Shown piece after piece: positions 11,601 through 24,782 of a stretch of DNA of 64,000 bases. The first letter of the stretch is position 1, and every line of letters starts with the position of its first letter. The position numbers and the translations under genes were made by a program. Under the pieces are notes generated by a model. The model was not told the origin of the DNA and searched no databases. It saw only the letters and a program-made list of their open reading frames with translations. The DNA is taken from the NCBI GenBank assembly GCA_965112155.1, contig OZ218099.1; one strand, written 5' to 3'. The stretch is from Podarcis liolepis. Lineage: Eukaryota.

Positions 11601-14426
11601 CCCCTAGTGATTTGTACAGGGCTCAGCTATGCCAGGGAAACACCTAATTCTTAAGGTGTGTGGTAGGATATGCCGCTTCACACAAGCACAACACTACACA
11701 AGGAGTGGCAAATGCAGTTTAGAACCCTAGCACAAGGAGTATCACCAGGATCATATTTATTTCTCCTCTGACTTGTGGATGTAGCTTGTATTTCAAGCAA
11801 TGCCTTAATGCTGACTAGATCATTGCTACTTGGTATAAACTGGTTAACCAGATCTAAATGGCTTTGATCATACACAGCAAGCTTGAATTTTCTGGAGGGA
11901 CGCACTAAACACTTGGGCCTGTTGATATATTGGATTGCATTTATATTTGTAAACAGCTCTACATAGTATGAAGCAGCTGGCTTTTGTCCTGCTTATTGCT
12001 GTGCAGCTGGAGTGACCTAAGTGGAGTATGTTTTCAGTTCCAAATACTGTAACAGATCCTGTGATCTTACTCTGATCATATGAAAACAACTTGTATAGTC
12101 CTGCAGACACCAGGAGAACCAGAAAGGGAGGGAACGTATTTCTGATCTGGCAACTTGGTAAGTATCTAGCCTCTTCAATGTTTTTTGTTGGTGATAAAAA
12201 ATAATCTGTATTTCATTCATGTAGCATTTCCCTGATGAATGGCATAAAGATGGGGACAGACAACTTGCTTATATGCTTTTGATTAAAATTATACAAATAG
12301 CATCGGATGTACGCTTAAGTAAAGCTGTGTATCTTTCATTCATTAAACTTTGAACCAGAGTTAATTACTGTGCCTGTCTGTTCTTTGGTCCTGAAATATT
12401 TGCACAAAATTGCCCCACATGGAATTGTATTTCATTGCGGGGGGCGGGGGTTGTCTTCATTTGAAAAGTTATGTAGTTGTAGAATTGCACTTACATTTTA
12501 TTTATTGAAAAATTACACCCTCCTTTCAATCAGATGATTCCCAAGTTGGGTTTACAAGCAACAGGCAGTGATGCTAAATCCCTAACGCACACATGTGTGT
12601 ATGCTAGGGTTGCCATATTTTCAAAAAGTAAAAACCAGGAAACCCCCCAAACCCCTTTCGGAAATTCCCCCCCGGACATCAATTCCGCCTTTGAAATTCT
12701 GGTAATGGCCAAGAAAATCCGGATGTATGGCAGATACCAGCAGTCTTAGTCCTCTTGACTGGTGGAAGAGGCTGGGACATGTTTCTCTTCTGCTTTGCAG
12801 CCCTAGGGCAACTGGAAAGTTGGCTGATTGCACATGTGAAAATTATATAAAGCTACTTAGGATGCAATCCCATGCACACTTAATTGGATGTAAATACCAT
12901 TTAACTCAGTGGAATTGACTTCCAAATAAACTTGCACTGAATTCAACTGTATTGAGTGAGAAAAGGCAAGACACTGGCTGAGAAGAACTCTAACGTTGCT
13001 TTTATCTGCACAATTGCACATGGTTATAAAGGCGGAAATGCATGTTCTCACGCAATGCAGTTGTGGGGGGGGGGAGCACAATTACAAAAGGGCTGGCCGC
13101 AATTGTGAAAACACTCCTTAAGAGAGAAATAAGGAGCTTGGCTTCCAGATATCATCCCATAAACCCAACAATAGCAGTCCCTGGAATTTAATGGGAACAG
13201 TGCATCTCCTTTGTACAAAGGCAACATAAAAAGCGGCTGGTGTATTGTGTCACAGTTGAAACTGGAAATCAGTATCTGAGAGGTGTCTTCTATCTTTCCA
13301 TATGCAATGTCTTCTCACTATGTTAGGATTTAATCACATATTTTTATAATTGTATAGCTAGAAGTAATACCAAAATTGCAGTTTCCCTCCAGAGTTTTAT
13401 ATTTGAAGGCATTTATTCGTGTTCCCTTGGCACCTCTTTTAACTTGAGTGCAGCAAGAGCTCTTGCTACCAGGTGGAAGGAGTGAATGGGTTGTGTAACA
13501 CTAGCAGTTAATAATACCTGGTCTGGAACAAATAAGATGGTGTCGCACATTCTTGTTAAATGCAACTGACTAAATCTGCATAGCTGCCACTCGCTAGGGA
13601 CCTCAAAAGTTGGAAGTTGCTCTGGCCTCCCTAGGCCTGTGGGGAGGGCGGGCTTGACTGTGCAGTTTGACTATGCTAAGAGTCGGCCTCATTGTCATAC
13701 ATAGTGGCTGCCAAATCACAAAACGGTGTTTGGAAATGTGTGTTGGAAAATAAAATATTGATCACTTGCCAGTGATGGGGCCAAGTGAACGTTGACAGGG
13801 CATTCCACTGCCTTGGCACCACTACAGAAAAGGCCCCCTTCCCTGCTGTTTCACAAAGGTACTCTGCATTTGAATAATAATATGAAAACTCTGAGCTTTT
13901 AGTTGACTGAAGAATGTAGCCAGCTTGGGTATATTGGGGCATTGCAAAGGGAGTGGAAGGGCTTTGTTTCTACTTGTGCTCTTCATTTCATAGACCAGTC
14001 CGTTCCCCGAATGTGAAGTGGGCATAGCATATTTACTAACTGCCTATAGAATGGCAACTGCCAGAACATGGAAATGGTTACAAATATTGAACACATGCCA
14101 CAGGTAATAGCATAGTGTTACAGACAGTGTTGTTAGAAAAATGGTCCTCAAAAGAGTGAGAGTGGCAAGAGGACAAGAGAAACATGACAACTCTGATGCT
14201 GTCTGGCATGATTTGATTGACTACAAAAATGTTGAAGCTCATGGAAGAGAGGAGTCAACAGTTTATAGCAGAGTTTGGTGTTTATAGCTCACCCCCTTTT
14301 GAGAGTAAAAGTGTGTCTTGCAATTAAAAGGAATTGGCAATATGTTCATGAACAAAGCTAAGCTAATCAGAAGTAATAAAACATTCCTTACCTGACCCAA
14401 TCTGTCTGCTTATTTTGAAAAACACT

Positions 14427-14665
14427 GCAACCAGACAGAGGGCCTTCTCGGTAGTGGCGCCCGCCCTGTGGAACGCCCTCCCATCAGATGTCAAGGAAAT
14501 AAGCAGTTATCCTATTTTTAAAAGACATCTGAAGGCAGCCCTGTTTAGGGAAGTTCTTAATATTTAATACTGTATTGTTTTTAACACTCGATTGGGAGCC
14601 GCCCAGGGTGGCTGGGGAAACTCAGCCAGATGGGCAGGGTATAAATAATAAATTATTATTATATT
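14427..14665 (+). mobile_element. L2-type LINE 3' fragment
   Basis: AGGGCCTTCTCGGTAGTGGCGCCC...GAGCCGCCCAG...ATAAATAATAAATTATTATT; the same tail recurs at about 18090 (-) and 30285 (+). Confidence 0.75.
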
Positions 14666-16215
14666 ATAACCACTGCCATGTCCTCTCGGGATCCAGTTTG
14701 TAGAAATACTGATTTTATGTTTTATTCTGTATACATAAATGTAAGCTGTTTTGTAATTTACTCTGTTTACTTTGACAAATGGAAAATTGGTTAAATAAAC
14801 AAACAAACAACAATATGTGATTTAGGTAGTTTCCAGGAAAGGAGGAAGTTTATAAATAACTCCAACCTAGTGTTTCATTACTGAGCTGCCCTTTCCTCCT
14901 CCTCTCACCTAGTGGTCTAAAATAGAAAATACCCATTTTTCCTATTGTTACAGTGTAACTTCCTGCAAATGAAGAAGAAGAATATTTGTAAGATTTTCCA
15001 TGTTGTATTAATCTAGGCAGACACCGTGGGAGCTGTCTGGATAATGTGGTTCGTTGCAATTCTAGTTCCAGACAGAAATGCAGCACTCCCAAAAGACATA
15101 ACCACATGACCTAAAGTACTGTCATTGCTCCATGATCTATTCTAAACTAATGTGCTTGTTGTATATGTTACTACTGTGGTGCAGGTCTCTATGAAAAAAT
15201 CACCTTTTAAAATACGTTTACAATACGAGGCTTGTTTTATAGGTGCAATGTGGGGGGCATGCAAGGTTTAAATTTTAAAAGTGTCCATCCCATTTGATTA
15301 TCCAGTTATGTAAGTACCTAAAGTTGGTCTTGGGAAAGCAGTAGTTTTATATACTGTGAGAGAGAATTGTAAAATTAACCTTACGATTGGCTTATTGGGC
15401 AGAAACTCTGGGTTACTCACTGGACGGGAAAAGTGGGAAGTCTACATCATGCTAATCCAATTGGCTGAAGGCAAGGTGGCTGAGACATAAGTCTATTCTA
15501 CTACTGTTGAGTAACAGCAGAGACTGCTGACCAGAGGAGGAAGGCTTGCTAAGAAGAAAAATCTGATGGAGAAGCCAGATGTCTGGAAGGAGGTGGGAGA
15601 CAGGCAGGAGGCTATTCCGGCTAGATATATATTATGCCCCCAAAGAGCTGAATCACTGGCTTAAGCTGAAGATCCAGCAGTGAGGAGAATTCAGAAAGGA
15701 GCTTCTGGAGCTGCCCGGAGAATTGCCTTGAAAGCCTTTCTCAAATGAAGCCAGCTGAAGTCTGCAGTTCCTGGTGGTGAGATTGACTGGGGAAGAGGGA
15801 CTAAGGGTAAATGGAACGTAAGTTAAAACAGGTTAGAAACCAAGTTTTGTTGGTCAGCTGGTCATTTAAAGACACTCTAACCTTATTACAGCAGATGTAC
15901 CATAAGTCTTGAAACAGTAACAACTTTAGTATTCATTTCATAGTTTATAATAAAGAATATATTGATACTTCTAATTATAAAAGTGTGGCTAGCTGGTTTT
16001 TTACCATGTCTATAATACTGTTTCTAGTGGGATATGGCATTGGCATCATAGATATTAAGAGGCAGTAGTTAAGAAGGTGAATCAGTGGTACAGTTGTAGA
16101 TTAAAGCTTCATTGCAGCATGACAAGCCATATGGTGTTTTGAACTCCAGGGCAGTGGTAAGGCTACCTGAATTGCACAGCAAATAGGCAAATTCTACCTG
16201 GTAGACGACAAGAGT

Positions 16216-16216
<1 letters not shown>

Positions 16217-16258
<42 letters not shown>
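16217..16258. repeat. (GT)21 microsatellite
   Basis: Read directly. Confidence 0.95.
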
Positions 16259-16259
<1 letters not shown>

Positions 16260-16771
16260 CGTGTGTGTTCTAAATATATAATGTCTGAGATGTTGAAACT
16301 ATCCTGTCAATAGTAACTGATTTTAAGAACCTAAGGAGCTCTTCTGCATCAGACCTAAGGCCGGACAGCAATCAAACAGATGTCTCTAGGAAGTCCTCTA
16401 GCAGGGTGTTTTATATCACAGTCAGACTGTAATGTGTAAAAAGCTGCATGAGTTCTCAACATGCAAACTTGGTAGTGGGCACCAGTAAATTATCAACTGA
16501 TAAGATCTTTTTCCTGCCTTTCAGCAAAAGCGTCTAAATTGGAGAACAATAATATTTAAAATTCAACCATTAACATGAGCTTCAAACAAAAGCACATTTT
16601 GAAAAATGCAAAACAACAAAGCAGCTGTAAAAGCAGAGAGATGGCAAGAATAAAAAGATTTATTAAAACCTGGGAGAATACATCATTTTCAGCAGAAACC
16701 GTATGTATGTCTGTTGGTTAGCAACAGAAGAGTGGCAGGATCTGTCCATCTGTGGTCATGGAGATTTAAAC

Positions 16772-16980
16772 CATAGAATCATAGAATCATAGAGTTGGAA
16801 GAGACCACAAGGGCCATCGAGTCCAACCCCCTGCCAAGCAGGAAACACCATCAGAGCACTCCTGACATATGGTTGTCAAGCCTCTGCTTAAAGACCTCCA
16901 AAGAAGGAGACTCCACCACACTCCTTGGCAGCAAATTCCACTGTCGAACAGCTCTTACTGTCAGGAAGTTCTTCCTAATG
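16772..16980 (-). mobile_element. CR1 LINE 3' end
   Basis: Tandem ATAGAATC terminal octamers followed by the reverse complement of CR1 3' sequence (GTCAGGAAGTTCTTCCTAATG). Confidence 0.85.
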
Positions 16981-18055
16981 TGCCATAAAGCATTCTATAA
17001 GAATTTAGAAGTGAAATGTTTCTGTTTTGTTTCATGCTGAACGTGCTAAAGAGCAGCCGTGCCATGATGGTCTTGATCCTTTTATGAGAAGCCATTTATT
17101 ACTATTGTGCATGCATTTGCTGGGGAGCGAGGAAAGTACCACAGCGCACATGCTCAGTTGTGGTGGTGGAATAGCAATGAACCAATCCGCAAAGCAGCCA
17201 AGGAGGAACCACTGTGGCTAAACATGATCAGATATAACCATTTCACTGAGTATGAGTAACAGTGGTTGAATGTGTTTCTCCCTGATGCAGAATTTGCTGA
17301 AGCAACAGCAGTCAAAAGCTGAATCCCTCCCCCCCCATTACAATAAGATCTGTAGGGTCCACAGGTGGAGTCCCCAGTACTACCTTCCAGGCTATATATT
17401 CTCTTCCCCAAAAAGTGTTGTTTTGCCCCTGAAAAAAAAACAACAACTTTGGCTCCTGCACCTCTTTTTCTGGAAAAAAGCACTGCACCCAACTATCTTA
17501 ATGTTCTTAAATGACAGAATCACCCACTAGGTGGAGGTATAGCTTAATCACTCCCAATATATAGGCAGTCTACTGCTGCTTGTGTGTTTTGAGATAGCAG
17601 TTGATCCTGTGTCGAAGCTTCCGTAGAAATGAAAACGGCAGTGGTGATTTCCTTGTGAAGTCTCCAACCCACGCACCCAGGGTTTGCGCCTTAGTTAATT
17701 CATCACTCCTCTGAGCTGACATTTGTTTGGAAAATGTGAGGTCATGCTGCTGTGGTCTGGGAAGTCAAATAGGCTCATAGAGAGAGGAAAAGGGGAATCC
17801 CAGCAGGACTTTGTGATTTCTAAACAAATGACCCATGACTACAGACACAGTTCCTCCGGACAGCATGTCAGCTGAGCACTTATGACGGAATGAGAGGTTG
17901 TACAAGACTACATTTCTTCTTTTGAGTATTCAAGAAGATGATTATAGAATGCCAATTGTATAATTGGTATTCAACATTCCAATGATGTGTGTGCATGTAT
18001 TTCCTAACCCTGAGGATCATTGTTTGAAACATGCCTGCATAACCACTAGTTTTAG

Positions 18056-18088
<33 letters not shown>

Positions 18089-18250
18089 ATTTATACCCCG
18101 CCCATCTGGCTGGGTTTCCTCAGCCACTCTGGGCGACTTCCAATCGAATATTAAAAACAATACAGCGTCAGACATTAAAAACTTCCCTAAACAGTTGTCT
18201 TTTAAAAGTAAAATAGTTGTTTATTGCCTTGACATTTGCCTTGACATATG
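18056..18250 (-). mobile_element. L2 3' fragment with (GTA)11 microsatellite tail
   Basis: Reverse complement of the element end at 14530-14650. Confidence 0.75.
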
Positions 18251-19587
18251 TCCCTGCAGTCATGGATGCTTCTCTGCAGGGGGGGGAACTACATGGCCTC
18301 CACCTGTCTTGGTCCTCTTCCCCGCTACCTTTTACCAAATTGCATCTTTTACTTGTTTAAGATTTGCAGCTCTAAGCTGAGAGAGTGTCACAATTTGTTA
18401 CCACGAGCAGAAAAGCACTGCAAAACTCATCAAATGCCAAAAAATGAAGAAGAAGAAATCTAAACGTAAAGCCCTTTTTGAGATTCAGAGCCCAGGCCAA
18501 ATGACCCTCCTGCCACCTGCCTCTGAATAGTACTGATCTCACATGAGAAAAGGCTGAGTCTGTCAGCATCGCAATAGCTCACCGGTGCAAGATATCTTTT
18601 CAAAGGGCTTTCATGCTAATCGCTTTCATCCTTCTAGAGGTAGAAGAAATAGATCTTGCAAAGGGTTTCAGGGTTAGTTGCCATATCCCAAGGCTGTAAA
18701 CGGAGCAAGGAGGTGTTGCCAGAGTTAGCTGCTGTATCTAAAAATAGCAAAGCTAAGTGAGAACAAAGATTCACCCTGCCTACGCACAGTACATTTAAAA
18801 CACATTAGAAGCACATTATTTCCCTCAAGTAATTCTGTATCTGCAGTTTGTTAAGGGTTGCTGAAAACCGTAGCTCCGTGAGAGGTAAACTCGAGCGACC
18901 AGAACGCTTGGAAGGCAAAATATGCTTCAAATGCGCTTTAAAGCTGCTTATAATGAACAAGGCCTTCTTAATGTGCTTGGCGTCTTTTGGAAATCTCTAA
19001 CCGTTCCTGCCAGTTTCAAAGATGTCAGATATGCAGCAACCACAGGAGAGTTGCAATAAATAATGTCTTCTCTAAATATTTCAGTTCTAAGCTGCTGGGT
19101 CTACTGATGGAAAGAAAATGTTGAAACCCACAACCGCATGTGATCTCCATTATAGATTAAAATATTTCGAAATACTTCATGGCTAAGCACCCATATTGAG
19201 AAAACGACATTAAAATGGCAGTCATCTGGAGTTCCTATAGCAAGGGATACTCAAAGCCATAGTACACAGTGCCACAACACTATTTGCATTTGCTGTTTGC
19301 CTATTAAGCAGTTTTGTGTTTTTTATATTGTAGCTTTATGTTGAGATCTGCAGATGAAGGGCGGCATGCAAATTTAATAAACAATACTAAGTGAGAGCAG
19401 CTATATCTGAAGAGTTGCATTCTTACAGCGCAGTGCTTAGGCATGTCTACTCAGAAGTAAGTAATTGACCCAGACAGGGAAATATTTCCTTATGGCCAAT
19501 TAGTGCATTAATAGCAGAGGTGAGATTAGAACAGAGGACTTTGGGTTATTGTTCTGTCGGCCACTATGCTACACTGCTTTTATGATG

Positions 19588-19740
19588 TAGAATCATAGCA
19601 TTGAAGAGTTGGAAAGGTACCACGAGGGTCATCTAGTCCGACCCCCTGCAATGCAGGAATCTTTTGCCCAACGTGGGGCTCGAACCCACGTCCCTGAGAT
19701 TAAGAGCCTTGTGCTCTACCAACAGAGCTATCCCAGTTCC
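19588..19740 (-). mobile_element. tRNA-Lys(CTT)-derived SINE with CR1 tail (POM-type)
   Basis: Minus strand reads TAGCTC..GGTAGAGC..CTCTTAATCTCAGGG..GGTTCGAGCCCCACGTTGGGC, then a CR1-like tail. Confidence 0.88.
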
Positions 19741-20137
19741 ATTCTCAGAGCTGCATTTCTGTTGCAAGCAGAGGGTTCCCACTCTAGAGACTGTTAAGTG
19801 CACCCCACTTCCCTGAGCAGGAAGTAATTCCAGAGGCAGTGCTTCAAGCTCAGGTTTCCTTTGATGCGAGAGCACAGGAGGCATAGGGTGTCTCCGTAAT
19901 ATTTGCTTTATTGATAAATACACACAGCATAAGCAGAGGCAAACAAACTCCTAAGAAAGGTTACAAAACCCTGGCCCTGCATCAGATTTCCAGCAAACAG
20001 CTGAATCCCATGGGTGGCTTAACCTAGCCAACTCCACTTCAAACCAATAAATCCTTTTCTCTGCCTCTCTCCCACACTTCAATGCCTGTAGAATTCCAAA
20101 GACGGCAGGAAATTAAGGGCTGTTAAGTCCCTAATCA

Positions 20138-20488
20138 GGGACGCGGGTGGCGCTGTGGGTTAAACCACAGAGCCTAGGACTTGCCGATCAGAAGGTCGGC
20201 AGTTCGAATCCCTGCGACGGGGTGAGCTCCCGTTGCTCAGTCCCTGCTCCTGCCAACCTAGCAGTTCGAAAGCACATCAAAGTGCAAGTAGATAAATAGG
20301 TACCGCTCTGGCGGGAAGGTAAACAGTGTTTCCGTGTGCTGCTCTGGTTCGCCAGAAGCGGCTTAGTCATGCTGGCCACATGACCCGGAAGCTGTACGCC
20401 GGCTCCCTCGGCCAATAAAGCGAGATGAGCGCCGCAACCCCAGAGTTGGCCACGACTGGACCTAATGGTCAGGGGTCCCTTTACCTTT
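20138..20488 (+). mobile_element. Sauria SINE (Squam1), full length
   Basis: GGGACGCGGGTGGCGCTGTGG head, B box, (ACCTTT)n tail, perfect 15-bp TSD TTAAGTCCCTAATCA at 20123-20137 and 20487-20501. Confidence 0.93.
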
Positions 20489-21937
20489 AAGTCCCTAATC
20501 ACCCCATAACTTTGATAAGCAAAATTGTAGCAATTGGCTCACTCGTTTTCATGCAATCGGCAAAAAGTCCTTGCAAAGTACAATCCAATGAATAGTCCCA
20601 GGGGTGCCAACTTGAATAAAATATTGTGGGGGCCCAGATAAGCCCCGCCTCACATAATCAGTCACATGCTGCAATGTACACATACCATTTGAATGGGAAT
20701 GCCCATCAACTTTCCCCCTCAAATATTTTATTGTGAAGGCCAAAGACCCCGGCCCCTAGGAGTTGGCTCCTATGCAAAGTCCAGTTGGTGTAAAAATAAT
20801 CACTTTCAAGTTACCTTGACTTTGTCTTCCCAAGTTCTGTTTTCTGTCACCGTATTCGTGAATCTTTTAATTCAAGCCTCCAGTCTAAGGAACCTCAGGA
20901 CAGTTTACAGATGTGCGTTTCTCTAAACAAATCGCACTAGGAGGGATTGCTGCAGAAGATTTCCACAAAATAGGAAGGAAGTCACTGTTGCGTCATGGAG
21001 TATGGGGATGGCATGGGATGGGGTGGAGGGTGTGCAATATCTCAGTGAAAGAGCAAATAATTTACATGGAAAATGTTGCAGACTCGGTACTCAGCCTCCT
21101 CAAACTTAGCTGGCAATCCCCACTACTCGTCAGTAGACATTGCTGATGTCAGTGACTCGGAACAAGGCCGTTTCCTATGTGAGGTTGTGTGCTTTTCATA
21201 GAGGGAAATCTCTATGAAGGAAGTGGGAGCAGTGAACTGTTGCTTCAAATAAAAAAATCATAGCTGAATTTAGTTTTTTTTTAGGATAGTCGCTTCCTTT
21301 TTAAAAGCCAGACATACCTGACAATGAATTATTCTAATCAGTAAGTACATTGATGATAAAGAGTTTGTACTGAAAATCTGGGATATAATTATTTGTATGG
21401 CTTTAATGTACTGTATTTTAATAAATATATATAGAAAGTTTTAATTCTATCAGTGTTTAATTCATTTTTAATTATTTCCCTCCTATGTTTCTAGCTGTTC
21501 TTATTTTTATCTGTAAGCTATCTTGAGTACTTGACCGGGGGGTGGGGGTGGATACGTAACACTGAGTACTAGATTATTTATCTGCATGATTATTATTCCT
21601 TCTTTGCTGCTTTGAGAGATTTTGCCATCCTATATATAATAGTCCAGTTGACTTTATATGCATACATTAGCATATGTACTGGTATATTTTACATAAATGT
21701 GTAGTTTGTCCTCTTTTCATTACTAATTTTTATTTCAGCAATTTGTATCACAGTTTTCTCTGAGCGGTGTACGGGAGACCCAATACAACAAGACAAAAAC
21801 GAGTTAAAACTTTGAAATAAGAATTCAATGAAAAAGAATCATAAATTCTGCTGGAACGACGACAACAAAAGCCTTCAGTAAGTGCTGGGAGTTCAACAGG
21901 GAGCAGGGCCCTGTCTGACCTCCCTTGAAGCCCTCAC

Positions 21938-22409
21938 CAGTGGTGTAGCGTGGAGGGGAGCAGGAAGGTCAAGCCCCTGGGCCCAAATTTATGAGAGGGC
22001 ACAATGAGGTGCCCCCACAACAGGCTCCATCATCTAGACCGGGGCCATCGGGAGGCAAGCAGTGTCCAGGTGGGGCTTTGGCAGCAGTGGCAGGAGCAAC
22101 ACCTTCTCATGACCGATGAATGGGTGCTGGCATGCGCCCTGCTGCTGGGCCAGCCAGGAGGAAAAGGGCACTGCCACTGCTGCCACCCGCCAAAAAAGGA
22201 GGGAGGAAAGCACCTGCAGGGACAGGAGGGTGAGGCGACACAGCAGTGCTCCTGGCTTTGTGTTTCTCTGCCTTATCTCTGCTCCTAGGTTGGGGCCAGT
22301 TTGCAAGGAGACACTCCCTTGATTAGACACTGGCCAGCGAAGGGACTGGCTGTTCACCAGTCCAATACTTGTCCTGCCCTGCGCTCCGGCAACCCACGCT
22401 ATGCCCCTG
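21938..22409. mobile_element. Non-autonomous hAT-like DNA transposon
   Basis: TIRs CAGTGGTGTAGCGTGG / CCACGCTATGCCCCTG; degenerate 8-bp TSD gccctcac/gacctcat. Confidence 0.65.
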
Positions 22410-23576
22410 GACCTCATTGACTGAGTAGGGATTTAAGGGGCCAGGTGGATTGATAGCAAAACCACTCGGCAAAGTTCCTCGGCTATCTGCTTGCCCTAAA
22501 ATAGTGTTAACATTTTGCAGCAGTTTAATGAAATCCAGTGAACCGCTTCTTAAACAACAGTGAAACACTGGCAGTGAAAATTACACGCCGGTCAGGCTGG
22601 TTTACCCAGCTACTGTTTGATAACATTGGCACAGATAAGCATGGAGTGTTGGTGACTTCCTCTTTGCATTCTTTATTTGCTTCAGCTTTTGTATTCTTTG
22701 CCGACCATATTACCAGTTAAATCTCAGTCTCACTTTCCCAGCTACACTCATCATGCCTTTATTACGTAGCTAGGTATGTAAAGGGCCCAGAAAACACCAC
22801 CCTTAAAGATAACTCAGAGGGCATCTTGCAGGTAGCCACGGATTGTGTGCTTTGCATCACTACCGTTCCCTATCAAAGTATTCCACGTATTTTGTTGGTA
22901 TGGTGAGCAAGCATCCTAAAAGCTACCCCGTGGCTCACATTCCACCCACCTTTCATATCTCAGGTCTGTATCATTCCCCTCCACCCTGCATGCCACATTG
23001 GAATTCCTGAATGAGATCCCAGAATGCAGCTCACCCCCACACTTGTGAAATACCGAATTGTTTTGGATGGTAGCGGTGGTAGCCTAGAGTGGGTTTAATG
23101 CAGGTATATTGGCCCTTCCCCTTCAGATAGGGGAAGCTGTTCCATTCAGTGGCGTAGCGTGGGTTGCCAGAACCTGGGGTTTGGTCCCTGGCCCCTCCAG
23201 TTATGAGGATCAAGAAGCAAATTAGGGGGAATAACTCTTCCTGAGATGCTGGGGAGCTATTGCCAGTCAGAATAGGCAATGCTGGTGTAGACGGACAAAT
23301 AATCTCACCTGCTATTAGTTGGCTTCCTGTGTACAATATCCCATGCATAGTCCAGCATCCCCATCCTTGATGGCATTGCTCTCTTCCTACATATCAGTGG
23401 TGGGGAACCACTGACCCTCTGGATATTGCTGGGTTACAACTCTCCCCGACTTTGTATGGGAGCTGCCCTACTTGACCAATAAACAGGCATATCCAGTGCA
23501 TATCCAGTGCTGTGGTGCAAAGCTTCTTCTTCCGCCCCACCCCCCGCTTCCCAGAGTTTTTTAGGGAGAGAGATAA

Positions 23577-24165
23577 AACTTTATTCGCATTAGCCAATGG
23601 CCATAGCAACAGTAAAACATTACAGTATATGCAGAAAAGGAAATTTGATATAAAAGCACAATTAAAAGTCCTGAATCAGCAGTCAGTTAGTGGCCCTTAT
23701 TCTGATTGCCCCTGCTATGAACCTAGCAACATTTGCTGTTGTCTGCTCATTTTGATCTGATAGAAGAAAGGACATTGTGGCAGTGGTTGAGCGCCCTGGG
23801 ATGGTTAGTACAAGTGGGGTGATGATCTCATTCCTCAGGTCTTTGTAGAGAGTACAGGACAGGAGGACGTGTGCCGATGTTTCGGTGCTACCATCTCCAC
23901 AAGGGCAAAGACGTTTCTCAGACGGGATCTTTTGGAATCGACCCTCAAGTACCGCAGATGGCAAAACATCCAGTCTTGCAAGTGTAAAAGCACGCCTGTA
24001 TTTTGGGATAATAAGTTTGTGCAGATATGGAGCCAGAGAATCAAAATGGAGAGGTGGAAACTGGACATACCAAGGGCAGAATTTCCTTATAGTGGCCAGG
24101 TTGTTCTGATGCTCAGTATCTTTTAGACGTTGACCAATTAGACTGTTTGCTTTATTGAGGCCCAT
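23577..24165 (-). mobile_element. Non-LTR retrotransposon 3' end (RTEX-like), ORF C-terminus still open for about 160 codons
   Basis: GRF..EKRLCPC..ETSAHVLLSC..Y..LR CCHC-type motif; short 3'UTR ending in AATAAAGTTT. Confidence 0.75.
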
Positions 24166-24504
24166 AGTGAGTAGGTGTTGTGGGGATAGGCCAGAAGAGT
24201 GACAGTGCTGCTGGCAGGACTGGAGGAGGCGGGCAGTGGCTGGAGGGCGGCTCCTACAACTGGGAAAAGGCAGAGGCTGGATGCAGTGCCTTTTGGCTCA
24301 GCTGGCCACTTCATGCCGCTGTGGCAATGGCAGATGGAGGCTCCGGGCGCGGCGCTGCTTCGGTGCGGCATGGCAGAGGCAGGAGAGGGCAGCAAGCTGA
24401 TGCTGGGAGGCACCACGTCCAGCCTCTGCCTTTTCCCTGGTGCCCTCCAGAGCTTGGCACCCTGGTGCCCTGTGTCACTAGCCTCTATGAGTAAGACGCC
24501 CCTG

Positions 24505-24782
24505 TAAAGGTAAAGGGATCCCTGACCATTAGGTCCAGTCGTGGCCAACTCTGGGGTTGCGGTGCTCATCTCGCTTTACTGGCCGAGGAGCCGGCGTTTG
24601 TCCACAGACAGCTTCCGGGTCATGTGGCCAGCATGACTAAGCCACTTCTGGCGAAGCAGAGCAGTGCACGGAAACGCCGTTTACCTTCCCGCTGGAGCGG
24701 TACCTATTTATCTACTTGCACTTTGACGTGCTTTCGAACTGCTAGGCTGGCAGGAGCTGGGACCGAGCAATGGGAGCTCACC
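24505..24782 (-). mobile_element. Sauria SINE (Squam1), 5'-truncated
   Basis: Reverse complement of the 20138 element. Confidence 0.9.

Noticed and set aside
15355-16210. Possible solo LTR (TG...CA ends, CCAAT boxes, AATAAA)
   Set aside because: No TSD, primer-binding site or second copy visible.
19665-19740. tRNA-Lys(CTT)-like sequence on - (and at 8505 on +)
   Set aside because: The acceptor stem does not pair and a CR1-like tail follows, so these are SINE heads rather than tRNA genes.
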